NCBI GenBank assembly: GCA_036516155.1
Contig: DATBUK010000025.1
Coordinates: 3,991 to 67,990, forward strand
DNA: 64,000 nt
Direction: 5' to 3'
Origin: Yaniella sp.
Lineage (GTDB): Bacteria > Actinomycetota > Actinomycetes > Actinomycetales > Micrococcaceae
The position numbers and the translations under genes were made by a program. Below the pieces are notes generated by a model. It was not told where the DNA came from, ran no database searches, and was given only the letters and a program-made list of their open reading frames with translations. Of the stretch, positions 40,662 through 49,693 are shown piece by piece (position 1 is the stretch's first letter; the number at the start of each line of letters is the position of its first letter).

Positions 40662-42005
40662 ATGACACAACCCGAGTTTGATGTGGTATTTCGAGCGCCC
40701 CAGGCGCTGTACCAGGGACGGATCGCGGCGTTAGAGGTCGCGGTGCGTCACGAGAAGATCGCAGCCATCGAGCCACTTGGCACCGGGCTCCAGGCTGCCG
40801 AGGTGATTGAGGTACCCGAACAGCAGGTTTTGCTACCTGGACTGGTGGATACGCACGTGCACGTCAATGAACCCGGACGCACCGAATGGGAAGGTTTCGA
40901 GACCGCGACCAAGGCCGCTGCAGCAGGTGGGGTCACAACGGTGATCGATATGCCGCTCAACTCGGTCCCCTCGACCGTCAATGTCGATGCGTTGAACCAG
41001 AAACAAGACGCAGCGCGCGGCCAAATCTTCATTGATACGGGTTTCTGGGGTGGCGCGATCCCCGGCAATACTGGCGACCTGAAACCCCTGCACGAGGCTG
41101 GGGTCTTTGGGTTTAAGTGCTTCCTCGAACATTCGGGCGTCGATGAATTCCCACATCTTGAACCCGAAGAAATGCGCACAGATATGGCGGAAATCGCGGC
41201 ATTCGACGGACTGATGATCATCCACGCCGAAGACGCGCACACACTAGCCCAAACCCGCAGCCAGGGCGTCAGCGGGGGCCCGAAGTACACGGACTTCTTG
41301 GCCTCGCGCCCAAGGGAAGCCGAAAAGGTCGCGATCCGGTCGATCATCGACGGGGTCCGGGACACCGGCGTTCGGGCGCACATTCTGCACCTATCCGATG
41401 CCGACAGTTTAGAACTCATTGCAGCGGCCAAGGCCGAGGGCCTACCACTGACCGTTGAAACCTGTCCGCACTATCTGACGTTTTTGAGCGAAGAAATTGG
41501 TGACGGCCAGACCGCGTTCAAGTGCGCACCACCCATCCGGGAAGCAGAGAACCGGGACAGGCTCTGGCAGGGACTGCAAGATGGCACGATCGATATCATC
41601 GTCTCGGACCACTCCCCATCGACACTGGAACTCAAAGAACACGGGGATGGGAACTTCGATACGGCCTGGGGCGGTATCTCTTCGCTGCAGCTCGGCCTGT
41701 CGGTGATCTGGACCGAAGCGTTACAACGCGGTGTCGACCTTGCGCAAGTCATCTCCTGGATGGCGTCCACCCCGGCAGACATTGCACGCGTCCCTTCCAA
41801 GGGCCGCATGGCTGTGGGATATGACGCTGACCTGGTTGTCTTTGATCCGCACGCGACCTGGACCGTTGACGCAGGAGCACTCCACCACCGAAACCCGATC
41901 ACCCCCTACGACGGGCGAGAACTGACCGGAAAAGTCATCTCTACTTGGCTGCGTGGTAACCAGGTAGAGATGACGGAAGGTAAGGGACAATTTCTTCGTC
42001 CTTAA
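40662..42005 (+). CDS. allB: Allantoinase
   Basis: DTHVHVNEPGRTEWEGF, DMPLN, FKCF, ETCPHYL, SDHSP. Confidence 0.95.
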   Translation: MTQPEFDVVFRAPQALYQGRIAALEVAVRHEKIAAIEPLGTGLQAAEVIEVPEQQVLLPGLVDTHVHVNEPGRTEWEGFETATKAAAAGGVTTVIDMPLNSVPSTVNVDALNQKQDAARGQIFIDTGFWGGAIPGNTGDLKPLHEAGVFGFKCFLEHSGVDEFPHLEPEEMRTDMAEIAAFDGLMIIHAEDAHTLAQTRSQGVSGGPKYTDFLASRPREAEKVAIRSIIDGVRDTGVRAHILHLSDADSLELIAAAKAEGLPLTVETCPHYLTFLSEEIGDGQTAFKCAPPIREAENRDRLWQGLQDGTIDIIVSDHSPSTLELKEHGDGNFDTAWGGISSLQLGLSVIWTEALQRGVDLAQVISWMASTPADIARVPSKGRMAVGYDADLVVFDPHATWTVDAGALHHRNPITPYDGRELTGKVISTWLRGNQVEMTEGKGQFLRP

Positions 42006-42010
42006 AGCGA

Positions 42011-42060
42011 GCTGGGTTTCGGTGGCAGCCACGAACCGTGTGCTGCCACCGAAACCCAGC
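42011..42060. terminator. Bidirectional hairpin between convergent allB and the UGlyAH gene
   Basis: 19-bp stem GCTGGGTTTCGGTGGCAGC/GCTGCCACCGAAACCCAGC. Confidence 0.75.
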
Positions 42061-42103
42061 GTCGTGCAATCAGCCCGGTCGGCTCCTGAGATCCCAGAGG
42101 TGT

Positions 42104-42922
42104 TTAGAGCATGACCTGGCGATTGACGTCCTTATACAGCAGGTAACGGAAGTTCGAGGGCCCTCCCGCATAGCATGCTTGCGGAGTAAACGCCCGAAGG
42201 GAGAAGTAATCGCCCTCCTGGACTTCGACCCAGTCGGCGTTCAACCGGTAGACGGCTTTGCCTTCCAGGATGTAAATCCCGTGTTCCATCACGTGGGTTT
42301 CGGCAAACGGAATGACCGCGCCGGGTTCGAACGTGACGATATTGACGTGCATGTCGTAGGCGAGATCATCCGGATCTAACAACCGGGTCGTCCGCCAGGC
42401 GTTATTGGTGCCTGGCATCCCGGCTGGCTCTAGGTCCTGCTCGTTGCCAAACTGTGCGGTCGGCGCATGTCCGGCCAGCGGCTCGTAGCGTTTGCGGATC
42501 CAGTGAAACCGTGCCGGCTCGTCGCCGGTAGCTCGTACCTGCCATTGGTCGCCAGCCGGCAGGTAGGCGAAACCACCCGGGGTTAACTCGTGTGTTTCGC
42601 CTTCGTGGGTGACCTCGAGGGTCCCCTCCATGACGAAGAGCAGTCCTTGGACTTCGGGTTGCGGTTCGGGATGGTCCGAGCCGCCACCGGGTTGCACCTC
42701 AAGGATCAGCTGGGCAAAGGTTGTCGCCCCACCGCTGACCGGCCGGTTGAGTATCCATGATCGGGTGTCCTCCCACTCGGGCAGTACCGAGGTCACGATG
42801 TCGCGCAACACACCTCGGGGTATGACCGTATATGCTTCGGTGACAATCGCCCGATCCGTCAGTAAGTCGGTTTGCGGGGGATGGCCACCGTGGGGCGCAT
42901 AATACGACGGGGATGCGGTCAT
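42104..42922 (-). CDS. allE: Bifunctional allantoicase/(S)-ureidoglycine aminohydrolase (bicupin)
   Basis: YYAPHGGHPPQ, DMHVNIVTFEPG, ETHVMEHG, PQACYAGG, YLLYKDVNR. Confidence 0.9.
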   Translation of the reverse strand: MTASPSYYAPHGGHPPQTDLLTDRAIVTEAYTVIPRGVLRDIVTSVLPEWEDTRSWILNRPVSGGATTFAQLILEVQPGGGSDHPEPQPEVQGLLFVMEGTLEVTHEGETHELTPGGFAYLPAGDQWQVRATGDEPARFHWIRKRYEPLAGHAPTAQFGNEQDLEPAGMPGTNNAWRTTRLLDPDDLAYDMHVNIVTFEPGAVIPFAETHVMEHGIYILEGKAVYRLNADWVEVQEGDYFSLRAFTPQACYAGGPSNFRYLLYKDVNRQVML

Positions 42923-42945
42923 GAAATGTTTCTCCTTGAGCTGTT

Positions 42946-44232
42946 CTAGTTGGTTCCCGACATCTGCGGGGTCAGGCCGGTCGCGGCCAGGGTATGCAAC
43001 ACGTCATCACTGATACCCAGGCGTTGCTGGATCTCCGACGAGTCGGCTGCCCCACATGAGGTGCTGCGTAAGATATAGCGCGCCAGGGCTTTGGCCGTGG
43101 CTGGTTCATCCATGATCGATCCCGATTCGGCTCGCACGTACCGTGACAGCCGTTCAACCGCCGAATCGAGCGAGCGATTGAAGAAATCAAACGTCGAAAT
43201 GAACCGGGTGGGTAACTGCGCGGCGTGCAGGTCCCAGCCCTGGTAAATACCACGTTGCAGGTGACGTGCCACCAGACGCGCATGCAGCGCCCACGCGTCA
43301 CGGACTTGTTGTGCGCTCCCCAGAGGCAGGATGTTCGTCGAACCGTCAGACAGGTGCACTCCGGTCCCGGCGACCGCGGTGAGCATCACGTTTTTGGCAA
43401 AGTCTGCGGCCGGGTGATCCATTGCCTGGTAGGCGGCAGCGATTCCAAGAGATGCCGAGTAGTCGTAGGTCCCATAGTGCAGGGACGTGATGCGACCTTG
43501 GCCCGCATGGATGACCCGTGCGACCTCGGCCTGGCCCTCGGCTCCCACAATGAGCTGGGGCGTTTCGACCTGCACTTCGTAGCGCAGCTGCCCCTCGTCG
43601 AGTCCAAGACCGGATTCTAATGCGGCTGCAACGTCGTTCATCGCTTTGACCTGGTCGACCGTGGTGACCTTCGGCAGCGTCAACACGGTGGAATCCGGCA
43701 GCGAACCGACTTCTTCGACCAGGGTCGAAAGGTAGAGATCCAAGGTGCGCAGCCCGCGGGCGCGGACGTCAGCTTCCATGCATTTGAATCGGATGCCGAT
43801 AAATGGTGGAGCTATCCCGTCCCGCAAGCTTTGGGCTACACCTTTGGCGGCCTCGACGGCGTGCTGATCCTCTTCCGCATCTGAGCGACGACCGTAGCCG
43901 TCTTCGAAGTCGATGCGCAGATCTTCGATGGGCTCCTGGGTGAGCTTGCGTTCGACAAGCTCAGCCAGCCGCTCGACGTAGGAGGCATCATCAGTGCTCT
44001 GCTCGAGGACCTGTGCGACCAGATCGACCATCGAACCCTGCTGTTGCACCGCATCGAGGGCCTGCTGACCCCACCGCTGGGCAACATCGTGACTGAACTG
44101 ATCAGCCGGGGTGTAGACGGTGTGGACGGCTTGGCGTCGACCGTCATCACCCGGATACCCTTCGGCGAGGAGCTCGTCGGTGGCAGCAAGCTGCTGATCC
44201 ACGTGGTCGAGGAGCCGTTGATCCAGCGTCAC
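42946..44232 (-). CDS. Uncharacterised HpcH/CitE/malate-synthase-fold lyase (DUF6986-like)
   Basis: VHTVY, DLRIDFEDG, LPKV, QVETP, HYGTYDY, SDGSTN, QGWDLH; start overlaps the aceB stop. Confidence 0.8.
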   Translation of the reverse strand: MTLDQRLLDHVDQQLAATDELLAEGYPGDDGRRQAVHTVYTPADQFSHDVAQRWGQQALDAVQQQGSMVDLVAQVLEQSTDDASYVERLAELVERKLTQEPIEDLRIDFEDGYGRRSDAEEDQHAVEAAKGVAQSLRDGIAPPFIGIRFKCMEADVRARGLRTLDLYLSTLVEEVGSLPDSTVLTLPKVTTVDQVKAMNDVAAALESGLGLDEGQLRYEVQVETPQLIVGAEGQAEVARVIHAGQGRITSLHYGTYDYSASLGIAAAYQAMDHPAADFAKNVMLTAVAGTGVHLSDGSTNILPLGSAQQVRDAWALHARLVARHLQRGIYQGWDLHAAQLPTRFISTFDFFNRSLDSAVERLSRYVRAESGSIMDEPATAKALARYILRSTSCGAADSSEIQQRLGISDDVLHTLAATGLTPQMSGTN

Positions 44233-45854
44233 TAGTCGATCACCTCGTAGGCTGGGATCGTCAGGAAGGTGACGAAGTCTTCTTCACGGCCTGAGGTCAT
44301 CTGTTTGACGATGTCAGCGGCTGGTTGGTAGTAGCGTTCGAAGCGTTCATCGTCGTTGACTTCCTCGCGCAGGCGAGCGACCTCTTCTTCAAGAATGGCG
44401 GTGACACGCTCGGCGGTGATGACTTCACCGGTATCTGCCGCGGTGACCTGATTGGCGATTTGCTGCCAGATCTGGGAGCGCGAAATTTCCGCGGTGGCAG
44501 CATCTTCCATCAGGTTGTGGATCGCCACAGCCCCGCTGCCGCCGAGCCAGGCGGCAATGTAGGCGACCGCGACGTAGAGGTTGTCACGGACACCTGCTTC
44601 GGTGACCTGCCCTGGAGCAGATTCGACATCCAACAGATCTGCGGCGGTGACGTTGACATCATCGCGCTGACGATCCACCTGGTTTGGCTTGTCACCGAGG
44701 ACCTTGGTGAATTCCTCAACACAGATATCCACGAGGTCTGGGTGTGCGACCCAGGAGCCGTCAAAACCGTCTTCAGCTTCACGCTTCTTATCGGCGTGCA
44801 CCTTCTCGAAGGCGTTCTTGGTGGTTTCTGGTTCGCGACGGTTTGGAATGAACGCGGCCATGCCACCGATCGCAAATGCCCCGCGGCGGTGGCAGGTTTT
44901 GACCAGCAGGTCGGTGTAGGCGCGCATCATCGGCGCGGTCATCGACACATCGGCACGGTCGGGCAGAATAAACTTCTCGCCGGCTTCGCGGAAGGTTTTG
45001 ATGATCGAGAACAGGTAATCCCAGCGACCGGCGTTCAGCCCGGCGGCGTGATCGCGCAGTTCATACAGGATCTCGTCCATCTGGAACGCGGCCGGAATGG
45101 TTTCGATCAGCACTGTTGCTCGCACGATGCCGTGTTCGAGGCCGAGTTCAGCTTCGGCGAAGGTGAAGATGTCATTCCACAGGCGTGCTTCGAGGTAGGA
45201 CTCCAGCTTGGGCAGGTAGTAGAACGGGCCCTCACCATTGGAGTGCAGCAGTTCGGCGTTGTGGAAGAAGTGCAGTCCGAAGTCGACGAGCGCTCCGATG
45301 GCACGTTCACCGTTGACCTCAATGTTCTTTTCGCTCAGGTGCCAGCCGCGTGGTCGCACGACGACGGTGGCGAGTTCTCCATCTTCGCGCAGGGTGTAGG
45401 ACTTGCCTTCGGGGGAGGTGAAGGACAGCTGACGGCGAGCAGCGTCGTAGAGGTTCAGCTGAGATTCTAAGACGTTGCTCCAGAACGGTGCCGAGGCATC
45501 TTCGAGGTCAGCTAGCCAGACCTTGGCGCCGGAGTTCAGCGCGTTGATCGCCATTTTTGCTGGGGCGACGGGACCGGTAATTTCGACGCGACGGTCGCGG
45601 AGTTTCTCCGGTGCCGGGGCGACCTGCCACTCGGATTCGCGGATCTCGCGGGTTTCGGGCAAGAAGTCCATGCCGCCGGCTTTGGCTGCTTCAGCGCGTG
45701 CGGTCACGCGAGCTTCGAGCAGCTCGTCGCGAGTGGTCGCAAAGCGCTGGTGGAGTTTTTCGAGGAAGTTCAGTGCTTCTGGTGTGAGGATCTCTTTGGC
45801 CCCTGGCAGGTCCTGACGGCCGGTGACTTTGATGGTTGCAGTTTCGGTGGTCAT
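44232..45854 (-). CDS. aceB: Malate synthase A
   Basis: DRRVEITGP, ADLEDA, YYLPKLE, LNAGRWDY, GGMAAFIP, LMEDAATAEISRSQ. Confidence 0.97.
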   Translation of the reverse strand: MTTETATIKVTGRQDLPGAKEILTPEALNFLEKLHQRFATTRDELLEARVTARAEAAKAGGMDFLPETREIRESEWQVAPAPEKLRDRRVEITGPVAPAKMAINALNSGAKVWLADLEDASAPFWSNVLESQLNLYDAARRQLSFTSPEGKSYTLREDGELATVVVRPRGWHLSEKNIEVNGERAIGALVDFGLHFFHNAELLHSNGEGPFYYLPKLESYLEARLWNDIFTFAEAELGLEHGIVRATVLIETIPAAFQMDEILYELRDHAAGLNAGRWDYLFSIIKTFREAGEKFILPDRADVSMTAPMMRAYTDLLVKTCHRRGAFAIGGMAAFIPNRREPETTKNAFEKVHADKKREAEDGFDGSWVAHPDLVDICVEEFTKVLGDKPNQVDRQRDDVNVTAADLLDVESAPGQVTEAGVRDNLYVAVAYIAAWLGGSGAVAIHNLMEDAATAEISRSQIWQQIANQVTAADTGEVITAERVTAILEEEVARLREEVNDDERFERYYQPAADIVKQMTSGREEDFVTFLTIPAYEVID

Positions 45855-45901
45855 AGGTATGCACTCCTGTGGTGTAGTGGTATCTATTGCGAAGAAAAAG
45901 A

Positions 45902-47290
45902 CTAGGCATTGGTACTGACGGTGTGTTTGATGGCTTCTGCCACTCGGGTGGCGACCGCGGGGTCGAAGACCGACGGGATAATGTAACTCGAATTGATTTC
46001 CTCGTCGCTAATGCATGAGGCAATCGCTTCGGCAGCGGCCAGCAGCATGTCATCGGTGATATCGTGGGCTCCTGCATCCAGCAGGCCGCGGAAGAAACCC
46101 GGAAATGCCAACACGTTATTAATCTGATTGGGGTAATCCGACCGGCCGGTCGCAACTACCGCAGCATGACGCGCTGCGATATCAGGGGCGACTTCTGGTT
46201 GCGGGTTCGACATCGCAAAGACAATCGCATCTGCGTTCATGCGTTCGATGTCTGCTTCGTCGAGCAGATCTGGGGCTGAGACACCGATGAACACATCGGC
46301 ACCTACGACAGCCTCTTTGAGTGTGCCGGCGAACCCTTCGTGGTTGGTGTTGGCAGCAATCCAGTTTCGGTGTGGATTATCGTGTTGTGAACCGTGTTCA
46401 AGAACTGCGTCCCGGCCTGCCGCCAGGATATGTTTGGCACCCGAGGCGATGAGCAATTTGATGATTGCGGTACCTGCTGCACCCACACCCGAGACGACGA
46501 TGCGAACATCCTCAATGCGCTTGTTGACGACCTTGAGCGCATTGACTAATGCGGCCTGGGTGACGATGGCCGTGCCGTGCTGATCATCGTGGAAGACCGG
46601 GATATCGAGCTCTTCGCGCAGGCGTGCTTCGATTTCAAAACACCGCGGCGCCGAAATATCTTCGAGGTTAATGCCGCCGTATGCGGGGGCGATCGCCTTG
46701 CAGATTTCGATGATCTTTTCGGTATCTGTCGTATCAAGAGCTACGGGCCAGGCATCAACGCCGGCGAACTGTTTGAACAGGACCGCTTTGCCCTCCATGA
46801 CCGGCAGCGCAGCTTCTGGTCCGATATCACCCAATCCAAGGACTGCGGTACCGTCGGTCACGACCGCGACGGTATTGCGTTTCATGGTCAGATTGCGTGC
46901 GTCGGCCTTATTATCTGCGATGGCCTGGCAGACTCGGGCCACACCCGGCGTGTAGGCGCGGGACAAATCATCGCGATTACGAAGCTGGACTTTGGAGCTC
47001 ATTTCGATCTTGCCGCCCAGATGGATCAGGAAAGTGCGATCGGAGATGTTGCCGACTGAAACCCCGTCGAGTTCGTTCAGTGCCGCCCGAATGGTGTCCC
47101 CGTGTGCGCGATCTCGGGTGTTGCACGAGACGTCAACCGTCAGCCCAGAGTGCGTGGATTCAACGACATCGACGGCCGTGATCTGCGCACCCGTGTTAGC
47201 AACGGCATTGGTGACGTCCGAGGTGGCAGTGAAGCTTGCCGGTGTCGAGGCTCGCACCGTAATCGAATAGCCGGGGCTTGGGGCAGCCAT
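45902..47290 (-). CDS. NAD(P)-dependent malic enzyme with N-terminal ACT-like domain
   Basis: AYTPGVA, LPVMEGK, LEDISAP, HDDQHGTA, TGRSDYPNQINN; RBS GAGGAG before ATG 47290. Confidence 0.93.
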   Translation of the reverse strand: MAAPSPGYSITVRASTPASFTATSDVTNAVANTGAQITAVDVVESTHSGLTVDVSCNTRDRAHGDTIRAALNELDGVSVGNISDRTFLIHLGGKIEMSSKVQLRNRDDLSRAYTPGVARVCQAIADNKADARNLTMKRNTVAVVTDGTAVLGLGDIGPEAALPVMEGKAVLFKQFAGVDAWPVALDTTDTEKIIEICKAIAPAYGGINLEDISAPRCFEIEARLREELDIPVFHDDQHGTAIVTQAALVNALKVVNKRIEDVRIVVSGVGAAGTAIIKLLIASGAKHILAAGRDAVLEHGSQHDNPHRNWIAANTNHEGFAGTLKEAVVGADVFIGVSAPDLLDEADIERMNADAIVFAMSNPQPEVAPDIAARHAAVVATGRSDYPNQINNVLAFPGFFRGLLDAGAHDITDDMLLAAAEAIASCISDEEINSSYIIPSVFDPAVATRVAEAIKHTVSTNA

Positions 47291-47318
47291 AATTAGCTCC
47301 TCGCTCAAAAGGTGATAA

Positions 47319-47392
47319 TTCCGTATGGTGGAAAGTAGTGTTTGCTATGTGAAATACAGTATCCCCGATCACATTCATTTCAGCAAGTGGAA
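47319..47392. promoter_or_regulatory. Tandem IclR/AllR-type operator (47319-47354) plus a third site (47378-47392) between the malic enzyme and IclR genes
   Basis: Minus strand TTTCACATAGCAAAC-ACTACT-TTCCACCATACGGAA, preceded by TACTGT; plus strand TTTCAGCAAGTGGAA. Confidence 0.7.
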
Positions 47393-47472
47393 GTTTTCTT
47401 TCGCGTTCCAGTGTAATGTGGCGGACATCACCCCGACGAAGATGTCGTGATATGAGAAGTGAGGATGGCGGC

Positions 47473-48267
47473 ATGATCGACGCGCAGCAGAACAACATTT
47501 CGACCCCACCGAAGCCAGCAAAGACGGGTGTGCAGTCGGTGGAGCGGGCATTTACGCTTTTGGGTTTGATTGCCGATGCAGGCGGCCAAGCCACGCTGAG
47601 CGAACTGGCAGAGCGGGCTGATTTGCCCATGCCCACAATCCACCGCTTGCTGCGCACGCTCGTCAATCTCGGTTGTGCCAGACAGTTGCAAGATCGCGGA
47701 TATGCGCTCGGGCCCACGCTGATGCGTCTTGGCGAGCTTGCTGGTCGACAGATCGGTGACATTGTTCGTCCGCATCTGCAGAAGCTTGTAGGTGAGTTGG
47801 GGGAGACGGCGAACATCGCGGTTCTTGATGGCGACATGATGGTGTATGCGGCCCAGGTGCCCTCGGCGCATTCCATGAGGATGTTCACCGAAGTGGGTCG
47901 AAGGGTGCATCCGTCAGCGACCGGTGTCGGGAAAGCGGTCTTGCCAAGTATTGAAGAATCACGTGTTGCACAAATTATTCACTCTTCGGGTATGCCGCAG
48001 CTGACCGAGAAATCGATTACCGACTTCGGGGAACTGAAGGCTGAGCTTGAGCGTATTCGTGAGCGCGGTTATGCCATTGATGAGGAAGAGCAGGAGCTGG
48101 GGGTGCGGTGCTTCGCTGTCAATGTTGATGGTGCCCCAACCCCGATGGCTGTCTCGGTTTCTGGTCCCACAAGCCGCCTGGACGAGGAGTTTGCAGCGCA
48201 GGCGGTGCCGCTTTTGCAGGCTGCAGCCCGTGATATTAGTGCCGACCTCAATCGTGTCGAACTCTAG
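47473..48267 (+). CDS. allR: IclR family regulator (allantoin/glyoxylate repressor-like)
   Basis: VQSVERAF, HTH LPMPTIHRLLRTL, MRMFTEVG, GYAIDEEEQELGVRC; inside the purine cluster. Confidence 0.82.
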   Translation: MIDAQQNNISTPPKPAKTGVQSVERAFTLLGLIADAGGQATLSELAERADLPMPTIHRLLRTLVNLGCARQLQDRGYALGPTLMRLGELAGRQIGDIVRPHLQKLVGELGETANIAVLDGDMMVYAAQVPSAHSMRMFTEVGRRVHPSATGVGKAVLPSIEESRVAQIIHSSGMPQLTEKSITDFGELKAELERIRERGYAIDEEEQELGVRCFAVNVDGAPTPMAVSVSGPTSRLDEEFAAQAVPLLQAAARDISADLNRVEL

Positions 48268-48340
48268 AACTCTTTGACGCATCTACTCGGCGTCGAAGCC
48301 AATCGTGGCATAGCACGTAGTGAAAGTTTGCACAAAAGTA

Positions 48341-48409
48341 TTGACTGTGCTGAGTAACCGGGTCATACTTGGATTCCATCCATTGGATAAAGAGTTCCAT
48401 AATTCGGAA
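48341..48409 (+). promoter_or_regulatory. Promoter TTGACT-17-CATACT plus tandem operator at 48374-48409
   Basis: TTCCATCCATTGGAT-AAAGAG-TTCCATAATTCGGAA, same geometry as the other purine-cluster promoters. Confidence 0.65.
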
Positions 48410-48419
48410 GGAAGCTCCC

Positions 48420-48590
48420 ATGTATGACTCCCAGAACAGTCCTTTTTCTTATTCCTCCAACGAGATAGATCCGATTTACAGTGCCGGTGGCGATGATCCT
48501 GATTTCGCACCGAATGCCCGCATGACCCCGTTCATCTGCACGGTTCCGCTCCTGCGTCGAATGCTCCCGCAATGCCGCCCGGTCGAATAA
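48420..48590 (+). CDS. Small hypothetical protein, 56 aa
   Basis: MYDSQNSPFSYSSNEIDPIYSAGGDDPDFAPNARMTPFICTVPLLRRMLPQCRPVE; RBS GGAAGGAAG, own promoter/operator and downstream hairpin. Confidence 0.6.
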   Translation: MYDSQNSPFSYSSNEIDPIYSAGGDDPDFAPNARMTPFICTVPLLRRMLPQCRPVE

Positions 48591-48619
48591 GACGTGCGAT
48601 ACGGTCCCGAGAAGACAAC

Positions 48620-48671
48620 AAGCCGGTAAGGGTCTCGATTCCCATGTGAGAATCGAGACCCTTACCGGCTT
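48620..48671. terminator. Bidirectional hairpin between the small ORF and uricase
   Basis: 21-bp stem AAGCCGGTAAGGGTCTCGATT/AATCGAGACCCTTACCGGCTT. Confidence 0.78.
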
Positions 48672-48700
48672 AATGGGTCGCTATTCGTGAGCTAACAGGC

Positions 48701-49621
48701 CTAGCAGAAGCCTGCGATACCAATCCAATCGCGCTCATCGAGTTCGACATCAGCCCGTGCAACCGTTGCCTCAATAAGGCCGTACGGACGATCCGCCGCA
48801 TGGAAGACCTCGTTGGGGTTATCGATGTCGAAGCGATCCAGGTCGTAGAGGAAGTGGTGCTTATTTGGACACGAGAACTTAATTTCATCGATCTCTGGAA
48901 CCGACGCGATGACTGTTTCTGCCATCTGGTACAGCGTGTGCTGTAGTGCGTAAGAATAGTGATCGGTGAACTTCTCTAAGATGATCTCTTTGACGCGCTT
49001 GTATGTGGCTTCGAAGTCGACATCCGTGGTGTTGTAGCGCCAGCGAGTAGCAATATCGGTCGCCAGGATGCGATCCTCGGTTTCAGGCAGCGTCGTGTAG
49101 CGATCTTTCGGATACCCAACGAAACCTGAAGCTGTTGTCTTCAGGACTGTCAGGTCGTAGAACCCGGAGATCACGACGTCGCGGTCGCCGTCGCGCATCA
49201 CGACAGCCGTGCGGATTTCTGGGGCGGACTTATAGAACGAATGATCATGATCGTTGATACGCGACCATCCGTATTCTTCGGCAGCCCACCGACCGCCAGT
49301 GACCCAGTCGAAGTTGCTGGTGAAGTGATCGGCAAGCCCCAGGAGGAACTGCTCGGGTGACTCAATACCGTTTTCCTTTGCCTTGGCAAACACGGTGTTT
49401 TTCTGGGTGTCAGTCGCCACCACGTGCTCGTTATTGCCTTCAGTGTGGGCCAGCTCGAAGTCGCCACGCAACTGCGAGGTGACGTTCAAATCCCGGATGC
49501 TGTGTCGCGAACTCTCGCGATACACTCGCACCACATGGTTTTCGGCTTTGCCGTACTGATTAGCGGCGAGGCGAACAGTGCCGGATCCTGCCTGTTTTGT
49601 CTCCGTGGTATTGCTGGTCAT
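48701..49621 (-). CDS. pucL: Factor-independent urate hydroxylase (uricase)
   Basis: YGKAEN, VATDTQKNTV, VLKTT, YTTLPE...DRILAT, SYALQHTLY, PNKHH, DRPYGLIE. Confidence 0.95.
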   Translation of the reverse strand: MTSNTTETKQAGSGTVRLAANQYGKAENHVVRVYRESSRHSIRDLNVTSQLRGDFELAHTEGNNEHVVATDTQKNTVFAKAKENGIESPEQFLLGLADHFTSNFDWVTGGRWAAEEYGWSRINDHDHSFYKSAPEIRTAVVMRDGDRDVVISGFYDLTVLKTTASGFVGYPKDRYTTLPETEDRILATDIATRWRYNTTDVDFEATYKRVKEIILEKFTDHYSYALQHTLYQMAETVIASVPEIDEIKFSCPNKHHFLYDLDRFDIDNPNEVFHAADRPYGLIEATVARADVELDERDWIGIAGFC

Positions 49622-49693
49622 TGCATGGTCTCCTAAATGGTTCCGTTAAATCCTTGCGGCAACCGCTGACGGAATCTCCGGTCAACTCCTGGG

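Noticed and set aside
44325-45470. 381-aa antisense ORF over aceB (likewise 26299-27342, 38651-39613, 7640-8458)
   Set aside because: These are shadow ORFs caused by high-GC codon bias opposite well-conserved genes, with no motifs or RBS.
48283-48572. Minus-strand small ORFs in the allR-uricase gap
   Set aside because: They overlap the plus-strand promoter, operator and ORF and lie beyond the hairpin that ends the uricase transcript.
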